IMG/VR virus record: IMGVR_UViG_3300017766_004544
Coordinates: 1-64,000 of that record
Source of the DNA: a virus
Lineage: Duplodnaviria; Caudoviricetes
Direction: 5' to 3' (one strand)
DNA length: 64,000 nucleotides
Notes under the pieces: model-generated
The model's database searches: none
What the model was told of the DNA's origin: nothing
Seen by the model: only the letters and a program-made list of their open reading frames with translations
Position numbers and translations under genes: made by a program
Shown here: positions 1 to 8,471 of the stretch, in pieces
Layout: the number at the start of each line of letters is the position of its first letter
How positions within the stretch are numbered: position 1 is the stretch's first letter

Positions 1-1
1 C

Positions 2-229
2 GCCCAATGGGGCGCCGACCAAGAGCTGGAGGCGTGCCTAAGGCTGGTTGAGATTGACGCAGGTGAGGATGCTTATGACTTTGCTCGCTACATCCGCGCC
101 GCCCGCCGCCCCAAGCCGCCGAGATTGAAGGAGAAGGCGCTAAATGCTCTGAATGCGGTTGATTCATTCGGCAATGAGGGCGACCGCGACACCATCCGCC
201 GCGCCCTAGAGGCCCTGCCCGATGACTGA
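2..229 (+). CDS. 5'-truncated hypothetical protein, paralog of 1367..1642
   Basis: Manual translation AQWGADQELEACL...YIRAARRPKPP matches AQYGADQELEACF...SIRAARRPNPP; TGA at 227-229. Confidence 0.75.
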   Translation, partial: AQWGADQELEACLRLVEIDAGEDAYDFARYIRAARRPKPPRLKEKALNALNAVDSFGNEGDRDTIRRALEALPDD

Positions 230-623
230 CTACCTCTCCCTCCGCATCAGCGCCGTCAGCGCCCGCTGCAAGTTCGGCGCCATGATCCACGACTGGTATC
301 GCCACAACGGCTGGCAGCGCTGGACCCTCGCATCCTGGGCTGAATCGGCAGGCTTCCATGCCATTCCCTATGGCCGTATTCCTGACATCTTTGGCGGCAC
401 TGCCGGGGAACTGTCAAGGCAAGACTTTGAGTCCCTCGCTGAAGCGAACCGCCGGCTTGCTGCTAGGGACTACGGCACCTTCGCCAACTACCGGGATGCG
501 CAGGCCATCAGCAATGGCGTACCACTGCTCCATGAGAGCGGCGCACCTTGGACCGCTTCTGACTTCTGGGCCTGCTACTGCGGGCTGCTTGCACCTACTC
601 GCCCCTTGACTCGCCATGACTGA
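222..623 (+). CDS. Hypothetical early protein
   Basis: 133-aa ORF in an overlap-coupled gene array. Confidence 0.6.
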   Translation: MTDYLSLRISAVSARCKFGAMIHDWYRHNGWQRWTLASWAESAGFHAIPYGRIPDIFGGTAGELSRQDFESLAEANRRLAARDYGTFANYRDAQAISNGVPLLHESGAPWTASDFWACYCGLLAPTRPLTRHD

Positions 624-1131
624 CTTCCGAGCGCTTTGCGCTGAGCTTCATGCCGCGTTCAACACATACGCTGTTGATGAGGCGCACCACGATTTGCTTG
701 TCCGCGCCCGCGCCGCCCTGGCCCAGCCCGAGCCGCAGGGGCCGACGGATGAAGAGCTGGTTGAACTCTTCAATGAGAACGACTGGAACTACGTCAGCCC
801 AGAAACCTTTATCGACATTGCTCGCACTGTGTTGGAGTGCTGGGGCAACTACACCACCAAACCAGATGGACCGGCTGTGCCTCATGGCAGGGAGCCGGCC
901 TCTGTCGCTGACCAGCCTACCGATAAGGAACTGCTGGACCTCATGCCCGAGACCATGCGCGATGAGTTCAGCTATGCAGCCAAGGTCTGCAGCGACGCGA
1001 CTGGCGGCCAGGTCAAGCCCGGCATCTTCCGTGTGGCACTCAACACCGCTGCACTGGAGTATGCCCGCGCCGTCCTCGCCCGCTGGGGCCGCCCCACCAT
1101 CGAGCCGGTGCCGCAGCAGGAGGCTGAGTGA
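616..1131 (+). CDS. Hypothetical early protein with internal repeat
   Basis: Repeated PTDEEL/PTDKEL and ARTVLECWG/ARAVLARWG segments; coupled overlaps. Confidence 0.75.
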   Translation: MTDFRALCAELHAAFNTYAVDEAHHDLLVRARAALAQPEPQGPTDEELVELFNENDWNYVSPETFIDIARTVLECWGNYTTKPDGPAVPHGREPASVADQPTDKELLDLMPETMRDEFSYAAKVCSDATGGQVKPGIFRVALNTAALEYARAVLARWGRPTIEPVPQQEAE

Positions 1132-1370
1132 TGGCTGACCTCTCCCCCGCCGCTCAGGCGGTGTTCTGGGCTTTCAACAGCGAGTTCGACTGGATCGAGG
1201 ACGGTGTACCCGGACCTCAGTTCAAGGCCATCGCCGCCGCCCTGCGAGCTGCTGTGGATCAGGTGGTGCCGGAATTCTCAACACCGTGGAACTCCACCTT
1301 TACCCATATGATTTCAGCACGAGATATCCGCGCCAAACTCCTCGCCATCGCCGACGAGTTGGACAAATGA
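1128..1370 (+). CDS. Hypothetical early protein
   Basis: MADLSPAAQAV...LLAIADEL; overlaps both neighbours by 4 nt. Confidence 0.7.
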   Translation: MMADLSPAAQAVFWAFNSEFDWIEDGVPGPQFKAIAAALRAAVDQVVPEFSTPWNSTFTHMISARDIRAKLLAIADELDK

Positions 1371-1642
1371 CTGACTACCCGATCACTCCACCGCCGGAAC
1401 TGGTGCAGCAGTGGTGCGAGCAGCTGTTTGGCTGCCCTGATGAGCCTGAAATCAATGCCTATGAGCTGGCGCGCTTGGCCGCCCAGTACGGCGCCGACCA
1501 GGAGCTCGAGGCCTGCTTCGATTTCGCTCGCAAGCATTCCTGGGGGCTCGTGAACGGCCCCCATGTCGCCAAATCAATCCGGGCAGCACGTCGCCCCAAT
1601 CCACCGATTCAACAACCCGATGACAGACCAGCAGATCATTGA
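1367..1642 (+). CDS. Hypothetical early protein
   Basis: Start taken at ATG 1367 (MTDYPITPPPELVQQW); paralog of 2..229. Confidence 0.75.
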   Translation: MTDYPITPPPELVQQWCEQLFGCPDEPEINAYELARLAAQYGADQELEACFDFARKHSWGLVNGPHVAKSIRAARRPNPPIQQPDDRPADH

Positions 1643-1859
1643 CGCTGCCAAGCAGGCCGGGCTCTGTTTCCCCGGCTGCTGGAACCTTGATGTGACCGAT
1701 GTCGACATCGCCGATGAGACCCTTTGGGTCCAGGACGGCTACAACAAGGATCCCGCCGTAGGCAAGAGACGCCAGGACATCTTTGAGGACGCGAGGCGGC
1801 GCCGGGAGGAGCATATGCGTCAACTCCGGCGCTTCGTCCAGCTCGTCCAGGCTGCGTAG
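1620..1859 (+). CDS. Hypothetical protein
   Basis: Start taken at ATG 1620 (MTDQQIIDAAKQAG). Confidence 0.6.
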   Translation: MTDQQIIDAAKQAGLCFPGCWNLDVTDVDIADETLWVQDGYNKDPAVGKRRQDIFEDARRRREEHMRQLRRFVQLVQAA

Positions 1860-1905
1860 TTGGGCCGGTGACGGGTCCTCACGAGTAACTTACTTTTGCC
1901 CATCA

Positions 1906-2391
1906 ATGACTGAACTGGACTTACTAAGTGAATACTTGGAACTTGATCCGACGCTCCCTAGCGGCTTGCGGTGGATTAAGTCTCCAAGTCGATCTATCCC
2001 CCCGTACCAGCCAGCCGGCTCTTGTGATAGCCGTGGGTACTACAGAATTCAGCTGCGCGGTCGTCAGTACGGATGCCACCGGATAGTTTTGCTGCTCAAC
2101 GGAATCCATCCCTCCGAAGGCCGAACTCAGGTTGACCACATTGACCGTAATCGCAGCAACAACCTTGTTTCAAATCTGCGATGGGTCACGCCCTCGGTGA
2201 ACCTGCAGAACTGCCAAGTGACGGGCACAGTCTGCTATCGCTACGTTCGGCGTAAACGCAATGGACGTTTCGAGGCACAGTACCAGTACCCGCACGCAAA
2301 ACAAAAAGCTTACGTAGGGACCTTTGACAGCGCCATCTCCGCGCACCATGAGGCACTGGCTCATCGACTAGAGCACCACTGGATTGCTTAA
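1906..2391 (+). CDS. HNH homing endonuclease with AP2-like C-terminus
   Basis: GYY..HRIV..VDHIDRNRSNNLVSNLRW; start ATG 1906. Confidence 0.88.
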   Translation: MTELDLLSEYLELDPTLPSGLRWIKSPSRSIPPYQPAGSCDSRGYYRIQLRGRQYGCHRIVLLLNGIHPSEGRTQVDHIDRNRSNNLVSNLRWVTPSVNLQNCQVTGTVCYRYVRRKRNGRFEAQYQYPHAKQKAYVGTFDSAISAHHEALAHRLEHHWIA

Positions 2392-2398
2392 TTAGGTG

Positions 2399-2435
2399 GC
2401 GGGTGACCTAGGCTCACGCACCTAGGTCTCACCGC
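2399..2435 (+). other. Intergenic stem-loop
   Basis: GGTGA-CCTAGG-(CTCACGCA)-CCTAGG-TC-TCACC. Confidence 0.5.
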
Positions 2436-2573
2436 TGCCCGCCGGCAACGGAATGCCCAGTGATTCCTGAAAATCATTGGACCAACAGCTTACCCCATCT
2501 GACACGAGCTGGTCATCGCTGCGCCAGTCCTGTCTTGCCTCACTCTCTCTACCCACACCACCGACTTCAAACC

Positions 2574-2843
2574 ATGTCGACTGCCATGACTGACACATCC
2601 TTCATGCCCTTCTTCCGCTCGTTCATCCTTGGCAAGAACATCGAGCTGGACAAGCTCTCTCAGCTCTCGGCCAAGGAGCTCGAGATGCTCAATGTCGAGA
2701 CCCTCGCTGCCCTCAACGAGTCCCGCCGCAACCACGAGCTGCTCGATCGCAAGCAATCCGACGAGGGGCACACCGAGTTCCGCCGCATGAAGGTCGCGGG
2801 CTACTTCCAGGCCGCCATCCAGATTGCACTGGAACAGCGCTAG
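2574..2843 (+). CDS. Hypothetical protein
   Basis: Start ATG 2574 or 2586; followed by terminator. Confidence 0.65.
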   Translation: MSTAMTDTSFMPFFRSFILGKNIELDKLSQLSAKELEMLNVETLAALNESRRNHELLDRKQSDEGHTEFRRMKVAGYFQAAIQIALEQR

Positions 2844-2861
2844 ATCACATCCGCCCATCAC

Positions 2862-2887
2862 GCCGGCCCCACCAGGCCGGCTTTTTT
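2862..2887 (+). terminator. Rho-independent terminator
   Basis: GCCGGCC-ccacca-GGCCGGC-TTTTTT. Confidence 0.85.
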
Positions 2888-2956
2888 ATTGCGCCAACAG
2901 TGCATCAAATGTGACATCTGTTTTTCACTAGCGTATGGCGAGCCGTTCTCAGGCTC

Positions 2957-3121
2957 ATCGACAGCACGAATCGCGAGAACTGGGCGAAGGTCAAGGCTGC
3001 ATTGGAAGCGGCAGGCAAGACCAGCTCACCCTTCTATACCCGCGCCTGCGCCATCGTCCGCGGCTTACCGGATCCAGGAGACAATCCCTACGCCTTTAAC
3101 TATGCTCCCCCTCCCGACTGA
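2957..3121 (+). CDS. Small conserved cyanophage-type protein, probable ATC start
   Basis: (M)DSTNRENWAKVKAALEAAGKTSSPFYTRACAIVRGLPDP; no ATG/GTG/TTG between the upstream in-frame stop and this point; not in ORF track. Confidence 0.6.
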   Translation: MDSTNRENWAKVKAALEAAGKTSSPFYTRACAIVRGLPDPGDNPYAFNYAPPPD

Positions 3122-3287
3122 ACCTCGTACCCGACTACCACTGGACATGTGCCGCTGTCACGACAGCACCTGCAGTCAGCGCACATGCTGTGTACGTTGG
3201 ACTGATCGTCATGTTGCTGGTCCGACTCCACATGCCGAGACCTTCCGCAGGTCGGGCAGCACCTGCGCTTACTTGATTAGTCCCTGA
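3102..3287 (+). CDS. Small Cys-rich protein
   Basis: LPLDMCRCHDSTCSQRTCCVRW; start ATG 3102. Confidence 0.55.
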   Translation: MLPLPTEPRTRLPLDMCRCHDSTCSQRTCCVRWTDRHVAGPTPHAETFRRSGSTCAYLISP

Positions 3288-3291
3288 GTCC

Positions 3292-3615
3292 ATGGCGACC
3301 GAGTCCTACACCAAGCTCTCCATCACCGTCGAAACGTCAGGCGGTTATGGCCTGGATGATCCCAATGCGATCACCACCACGATCAGCACCGAAATGAGCG
3401 ACTGCTCCGTGCATGCCTGGTTCCAGCTGTTTGATCGGGTGCTTGCCTTAGCCGGGTTCCAGGAGGAGCAGATCATGCGCGGTGGCACCCAGCTCGCCTT
3501 CAACGAGTGCAGAAACGTCGATGCCATGCGCAAAGTCGCGAACTTCTACGACCTGCACCTCCAGGAAGACCTACCCGCCCTTCCCGATGGACCCGCAGCT
3601 ACTGAACCTGCTTGA
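3292..3615 (+). CDS. Hypothetical protein
   Basis: 107-aa ORF with genome-typical codons. Confidence 0.65.
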   Translation: MATESYTKLSITVETSGGYGLDDPNAITTTISTEMSDCSVHAWFQLFDRVLALAGFQEEQIMRGGTQLAFNECRNVDAMRKVANFYDLHLQEDLPALPDGPAATEPA

Positions 3616-3976
3616 AGTCGCAGGCGCACTCTCCGGCATCGCTCTGTTGGCCCTCTTCATCGCCAGCAAGATCCTGCCCTGACGGCATCGGGCAGGCCAC
3701 CTGCTCAGTGGCAGTCGACCCACGTGTGACCTGGAGCGCCTCGACCTCGACGGCGCTCATCGGTTCACCGGTCATCTCCTCGAGCCAGCGCACCACATAC
3801 TCCTGAAAGGCCTCCTCGTCCTCGAGGAACTCCCATTGACTGCCGGGCTCCCAGTCGAAGTCCACGATGAATTGGCCCTCAATCTCATAACCCCTGATCC
3901 CAAGCCCGTCATCTTCTATATGGAAGACCGGCTCATGCTCCTGCAGATTCATCAGGTCAGCGGCTGTTGATTCCAT
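3599..3976 (-). CDS. Acidic hypothetical protein
   Basis: 125-aa ORF, D/E-rich. Confidence 0.55.
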   Translation of the reverse strand: MESTAADLMNLQEHEPVFHIEDDGLGIRGYEIEGQFIVDFDWEPGSQWEFLEDEEAFQEYVVRWLEEMTGEPMSAVEVEALQVTRGSTATEQVACPMPSGQDLAGDEEGQQSDAGECACDFKQVQ

Positions 3977-3982
3977 CGGTCC

Positions 3983-4312
3983 TCAGCGGTCGTCGGCCTG
4001 GCGACTCAATGAGATCAATGTAGTCAGAAGTGCCATCAGGGCGGCTACAGAACGACCGCTGGAGTCATCACACCCCACCGGCGGCATCTCGATCTTCTCG
4101 GCGACGGCGGTGCCCTTGTACTTGGCATACCAGGGCCAGATCTTCGGCATCACATAGAAGGTGCATGCCGCCCACTGCATGATGACCAGCAGGGCAGTTG
4201 TCGACGCCACGCCGACAATCGATCGCCACAACCAGACCGGCATCGCTACTCCCGGTCGTAGGCACCATTGCCACTGCCGCCATCCGCTGGCTCGTGCTGC
4301 CTGGCCATCCAC
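3983..4312 (-). CDS. Small membrane protein
   Basis: Two hydrophobic segments flanking a Cys-containing loop. Confidence 0.55.
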   Translation of the reverse strand: MDGQAARASGWRQWQWCLRPGVAMPVWLWRSIVGVASTTALLVIMQWAACTFYVMPKIWPWYAKYKGTAVAEKIEMPPVGCDDSSGRSVAALMALLTTLISLSRQADDR

Positions 4313-4491
4313 TCGACGCGCTCAGCGCCGGAGCGCTCTTCCAGTACAAACGTGACACCGCGCGCCTCCAGCGTCATCCGCACCCACTTAATCCCCGGTT
4401 GTGCCAACAGCTCATGCCGCCGGGCGTAGGCACGGTTCAGCAGCTCTTCGTCGCCCCGGTCCATCTGCCTCAACCAAGCGGGCAGCTCCAT
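4246..4491 (-). CDS. Hypothetical protein
   Basis: Start taken at MELPAWLRQ. Confidence 0.45.
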   Translation of the reverse strand: MELPAWLRQMDRGDEELLNRAYARRHELLAQPGIKWVRMTLEARGVTFVLEERSGAERVEWMARQHEPADGGSGNGAYDRE

Positions 4492-4570
4492 GCTACGCAA
4501 GACAAATCGTGCGAAATGATGAAGAGGCTTGCAGCTGTCCTTAGCCTGAAGGGCCGCACAAGACTCCCCG

Positions 4571-4768
4571 ATGGAGCGACGCCGCGCCCTGATGGTCGAC
4601 ACCCGCACCAATCAGCCCCTGGATCCGGCCTGGCAGCCCATGCTCGGCCTCACCGAGCTGGAGCCGGCCAATGCCCTGATGCAGAAGAACCAGCTCTCCT
4701 ACCGCTGGCAGTGGGCCCCCAGGACCGCCCAGCTCCAGGGCGTGGTCCAGCTGGCGACCCAGGCCTGA
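4571..4768 (+). CDS. Hypothetical protein
   Basis: 65-aa ORF heading the replication-accessory run; TAGCCT box at 4542. Confidence 0.5.
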   Translation: MERRRALMVDTRTNQPLDPAWQPMLGLTELEPANALMQKNQLSYRWQWAPRTAQLQGVVQLATQA

Positions 4769-4772
4769 GCCC

Positions 4773-5378
4773 GTGCTGCAGTTCAACTCCGCCCTCCTGG
4801 CTGCCGTCGGCTCCTTCACGGGGCCCTACGCGCCTTACCAGTCCGTGCATCTACGCCCCCACTGCGGCGGGGTGCTCCTTGCGGCCAGTGATCACGGCAA
4901 GGTGACGGCCATTGGCTTTGACCGCATGGGCACTGCCGATGAGTCCATCACCATCATCCCCAGCCCGGAACTGCTCAAGGCCAGCAGTGGCATCAAGACC
5001 GCCGAGCGGGGCATCGTCATCGATGGCGAGACGGCTACGGTCACCACCTACTACAAGACCAGCAGCAACAACGGCAAACAGCTGCCCGTCCAGCACAGCA
5101 TCACCCCCTTCCCGGACATCGATGGCGCCCTGGCGGCCTGCGTGCAGCGCTGGAGCGCCACCCCATCGCTCAGTGAAACCGCTGGCCGGTACCGCGTCGC
5201 CTACCTCGAGCGCGCCATCAAGGCCGCCGGACTGCTGGCTGATTCGCTCGTGCTCTCCGCCTTCGATGGCGGGCCGCTGCGGATCCAAGGCGAGACCCTC
5301 GAGCTGATCATCCTGGTCATGCCGCAGACCGCTGAGCCGATTCCAGCCCTGCCCGACTGGGTCCAGCATTTCGGCTGA
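4773..5378 (+). CDS. DNA polymerase III beta-clamp-like protein (remote, truncated)
   Basis: LAASDHGK, FPDIDG, YLERAIKA, GGPLRI, LVMP resemble conserved beta-clamp segments; lies upstream of the SSBs. Confidence 0.5.
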   Translation: MLQFNSALLAAVGSFTGPYAPYQSVHLRPHCGGVLLAASDHGKVTAIGFDRMGTADESITIIPSPELLKASSGIKTAERGIVIDGETATVTTYYKTSSNNGKQLPVQHSITPFPDIDGALAACVQRWSATPSLSETAGRYRVAYLERAIKAAGLLADSLVLSAFDGGPLRIQGETLELIILVMPQTAEPIPALPDWVQHFG

Positions 5379-5436
5379 CAACCTGCTTGCCAGATCTTGC
5401 AATCCGGTTAGCCTGGCTTGCGCCTTCTCGAATTCC

Positions 5437-6099
5437 GTGAGCACCGCAACTCTTGTTGTGGCCTTGGCGGCGCAACCTGCCGAAACCGTCGCGCACGGCA
5501 AGCAGGTCCTGGAAGTCTTTGCCACTACCAATGGCAAGGATCAGGTTCCTGTTTTATTGCGTTGCGCGTCTGGCAGCAAGACAGCCGAGGCCCTAAAGAC
5601 CAAGACCGCAGGCCAGACCCTGATCATCGCTGGTGATCTTCTTCTAGAAGACAGCCAGACGGTTGTGTTCATCCACACCCTCTGCGATGTCTCCCCCGAC
5701 GCCTACGTCAACCAAGTCACAGTCACCGGTCGCCTTGCCAAAGAGGCCCGGGTCGCCGAGTCCAACAAGTCCGCCTCTCGCTCGCTGGCCATCAATCGCA
5801 TGGTCAATGGCGAAGAGGTGACCGACTGGTTCACCCTGCGTGGCTACGGCTACGTCATGGACCGGCTGATCGCCCTGCCCGTCGGCACCCTGGCCATGGT
5901 CGAGGGCACCCTCGATCTACGCACCAACCGCGAGGGCAAGCCCTACTGCGAAGTCAAGGGACGCTCGATCCGTGCCTTTGAGCGCGGGCGCGGGAACAAG
6001 GGCACCAGCAACCCCGCCGCTGGCACGAAAGCCGTGGGATACGACCACGAGGACTTCGTTAACACCGCCGACAACATGCCCTGCGACTGGAACAACTAA
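5437..6099 (+). CDS. ssb: Single-stranded DNA-binding protein, two tandem OB folds
   Basis: NQVTVTGRLAKE, TDWFTLRGYG, VEGTL...EVKG; similar N-terminal OB half. Confidence 0.75.
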   Translation: MSTATLVVALAAQPAETVAHGKQVLEVFATTNGKDQVPVLLRCASGSKTAEALKTKTAGQTLIIAGDLLLEDSQTVVFIHTLCDVSPDAYVNQVTVTGRLAKEARVAESNKSASRSLAINRMVNGEEVTDWFTLRGYGYVMDRLIALPVGTLAMVEGTLDLRTNREGKPYCEVKGRSIRAFERGRGNKGTSNPAAGTKAVGYDHEDFVNTADNMPCDWNN

Positions 6100-6117
6100 C
6101 CACCTTCTGACATAACC

Positions 6118-6819
6118 ATGGGATTCCTTCCGACCGACTACCGCCCGACCTCTGGAACCACCGAAAGCAGCGACACCAAGCGCAACCGTTACTTCGACCC
6201 CGGCAAGCGACTCAAGGACGGCGAGTCCACCACCTTCCGCCTCTGCGGCCTCCACGACACCGGTCACGTGATCGCCGGCTGGTCCTACTTCACGATGGAC
6301 GGCCAGCCCCGCAAGTTCCCCAAGTACCCCGAGAACTTCGCCGAGGAGATCGGCCTGACCTGGGCCGGCAAGACCAATGGCACCGGCGAAAAGGACAAGC
6401 CCCGCTACTTCCTGTCCTTCGTCGGACTCTCCAAAGAGGACGACGACTACCTGATCTACACCTTCCAGCGCAAGGACCTGCGGGTGCAGCTCGAGGAGGT
6501 CCTGGCCCTCGAGGACTACCAGATCCTGCCCTCGGGCGTGGCCAACTTCTACCTGACGCTCAAGCGCAAGGGCATCGAGACGAACACGTCCTACACCTTG
6601 ACCCCCACGCTCAAGGTGCCCACCAAGGCCGAAGAGAAGCGCTGGAGTGAGGTCGCTGACTCCATCTGGCTGCCTGCCGTGTACGTCAACGGCGACCCCT
6701 TCTCTGGGAAGCCCAACGCTGGCCGCCCCGAAGGACTGCCCCCGACCCACCGCGACGACCTAGGCGCCGACCACGAAGTGGCAACCGTTACGGCAGAAGC
6801 CATGCCAGCAGGCTGGTGA
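6118..6819 (+). CDS. Phage gp32-like ssDNA-binding protein
   Basis: YF..K.LKDGESTTFRL and LKRKGIETNTSYTLTP are typical of phage gp32-like SSBs. Confidence 0.6.
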   Translation: MGFLPTDYRPTSGTTESSDTKRNRYFDPGKRLKDGESTTFRLCGLHDTGHVIAGWSYFTMDGQPRKFPKYPENFAEEIGLTWAGKTNGTGEKDKPRYFLSFVGLSKEDDDYLIYTFQRKDLRVQLEEVLALEDYQILPSGVANFYLTLKRKGIETNTSYTLTPTLKVPTKAEEKRWSEVADSIWLPAVYVNGDPFSGKPNAGRPEGLPPTHRDDLGADHEVATVTAEAMPAGW

Positions 6820-6880
6820 TTCGCCTCCCTTAGATGCAGTAGCACTGCATCTTGCTTCTCATCTGCTGCCATTGTCCTCA

Positions 6881-6910
6881 CCCTTCCGCCTCTCCTGGCG
6901 GAAGGGGTTT
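6881..6910 (+). terminator. Rho-independent terminator
   Basis: CCCTTCCGCC-tctcct-GGCGGAAGGG-gttt. Confidence 0.75.
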
Positions 6911-7008
6911 ATGCATGTGCCGCATAATGCAGCAGTGATGACTATGCGTCTTATGCATAGAGTCCAGGCAGTCCGGCTTCGGCGCAATCTGCAGCACACG
7001 CCCGTGTA

Positions 7009-7293
7009 CTATTTGGGCCCTTCGCGACGAGCAGTCAGTGCCGCCAGCAGCTTGTCAGAAGACTCTGGCGACCATGGCTGCCCGGCCAAGTTCTTAGCCG
7101 CTTCTCTCGCCAAGAAGCGCAATGCGGACGGGTAGGTGACCATCACCTGCTGTGCCATTTGTTTGGCGATTTCTCGAAGCTCTGCTTCGTTGGCTCGATC
7201 CAGCGCATTCACAAATTGCGCTAGCCGTAACTGCTCGCCAACAGTTGGCTCCAGCCCGTCATCCATCCCACGCTCCGGGTGTGCATTGCTCAT
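7009..7293 (-). CDS. NblA-like protein (divergent)
   Basis: PTVGEQLRLAQFVNALDRANEAELREIAKQMAQQVM fits the NblA L-T-x-EQ two-helix pattern. Confidence 0.45.
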   Translation of the reverse strand: MSNAHPERGMDDGLEPTVGEQLRLAQFVNALDRANEAELREIAKQMAQQVMVTYPSALRFLAREAAKNLAGQPWSPESSDKLLAALTARREGPK

Positions 7294-7327
7294 GCCGGGG
7301 CTTGCAAGTTGTTTACTTACGCTAACG

Positions 7328-7570
7328 ATGCCCGCTACTGCTGACCACGCCCTTGCCTCCGTTGCGGCCCACTATCAGCAGGCCATGAAAAGAACCACGC
7401 CCTTCGCGCAATCGGAGTCTGGCGATCTCTTTTTGCTCGCGCCCCTGCCTGATATACCAGAGGCTGATCAGCGGGCAGCGCTGGCTCATCTCGTAAGCCT
7501 TGGCGTACTGAGCGTCTACCGATACATTGACGCTAAGCCCCAGCCCGCGATCCTTGCCGTCCGCGCCTGA
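7328..7570 (+). CDS. Hypothetical protein
   Basis: Start ATG 7328. Confidence 0.45.
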   Translation: MPATADHALASVAAHYQQAMKRTTPFAQSESGDLFLLAPLPDIPEADQRAALAHLVSLGVLSVYRYIDAKPQPAILAVRA

Positions 7571-7778
7571 CCCTCAGATCCTCGAGGAGCTCTGCGCGGC
7601 TCGCAATAGCAGGGATGTCGCCGCGATCCAGCAGCGGCATGAAGCCCAGGACGTCCATGAGGCCTGGCCCCATGTCCCCTATGTCCAACGCTGCGCCCTG
7701 CTACTGGCTCGCGCCCTCCAAGGAGAAATCTTTCATGACCTCACTGCCTCCGACTTCGGAGAATCTGACCCTCTTTGA
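7527..7778 (+). CDS. Hypothetical protein
   Basis: 83-aa ORF in operon. Confidence 0.5.
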   Translation: MTLSPSPRSLPSAPDPQILEELCAARNSRDVAAIQQRHEAQDVHEAWPHVPYVQRCALLLARALQGEIFHDLTASDFGESDPL

Positions 7779-8172
7779 CACCAGCAAGCTCCTGCTGGCC
7801 GAGCTGCAAACAACCAACCGGCTGCTGATCAAGGCACTGGAGGGTCAGCGCATGCACACCGATCAGCTGGAGAACCTGACCTACCTGGTCAATGGCTTCA
7901 CCTCGGGCGGGGCGTCCTTCTCCGCCTATCAGTGCGACCAGATGACCCTGGCCTACCTGGCGCTGATGGGCCCGCTCCTGGCCCAGCGCATGGACATGGG
8001 CGTCTCCGACATCAACGAACTGATCAAGGGCGGCACCCTACTTGCCCGCCAGCTACTCGACGAACTCTCGGCCTACCGCTCGCAGCAGGGCAGTTACGAC
8101 TACCTCGAGGAGCAGACCGAACTGATCAACGACCCCTGGAACCAGAGCGAAGCTGCAAGCGAGGAGTCATGA
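7735..8172 (+). CDS. Hypothetical protein
   Basis: ATG 7735 preceded by AGGAGA. Confidence 0.7.
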   Translation: MTSLPPTSENLTLFDTSKLLLAELQTTNRLLIKALEGQRMHTDQLENLTYLVNGFTSGGASFSAYQCDQMTLAYLALMGPLLAQRMDMGVSDINELIKGGTLLARQLLDELSAYRSQQGSYDYLEEQTELINDPWNQSEAASEES

Positions 8173-8471
8173 CCAATTACGTCTGCACCATCACCCAGGT
8201 CACGATCCACCGCCTGGGTGACAACCCCCTGACCACACCGGAAGCCACGGTCATCTCCCTCGATGACATGGGCGGCGGCTTCTTTGTCTCCGTCAAGCAG
8301 GACTCCCAGGGCAGCGAGGGCCACATCCTGCTCGATCCAGAGGAGCTGCCCATGCTTCAAGAGGCAGCCCAGATCCTGCTTCACCAGGACTCCCTCGGCC
8401 TGCCCCCAGCCGGCAGCACCCTCACGCCCGAGGAACGAGCCCTCTGCCTCGAGGCACTCCGTCATGAGTAG
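8169..8471 (+). CDS. Conserved phage hypothetical protein
   Basis: VISLDDMGGGFFVSVKQ...LDPEEL; ATGA overlap. Confidence 0.7.
   Translation: MTNYVCTITQVTIHRLGDNPLTTPEATVISLDDMGGGFFVSVKQDSQGSEGHILLDPEELPMLQEAAQILLHQDSLGLPPAGSTLTPEERALCLEALRHE

Noticed and set aside
5917-6750. Long antisense/alternate-frame ORFs (e.g. 5917..6750, 15403..16380, 21512..22312, 22440..23423, 40589..41473, 51243..51905)
   Set aside because: Shadow ORFs typical of high-GC coding DNA, overlapping genes with clear motifs and having none themselves
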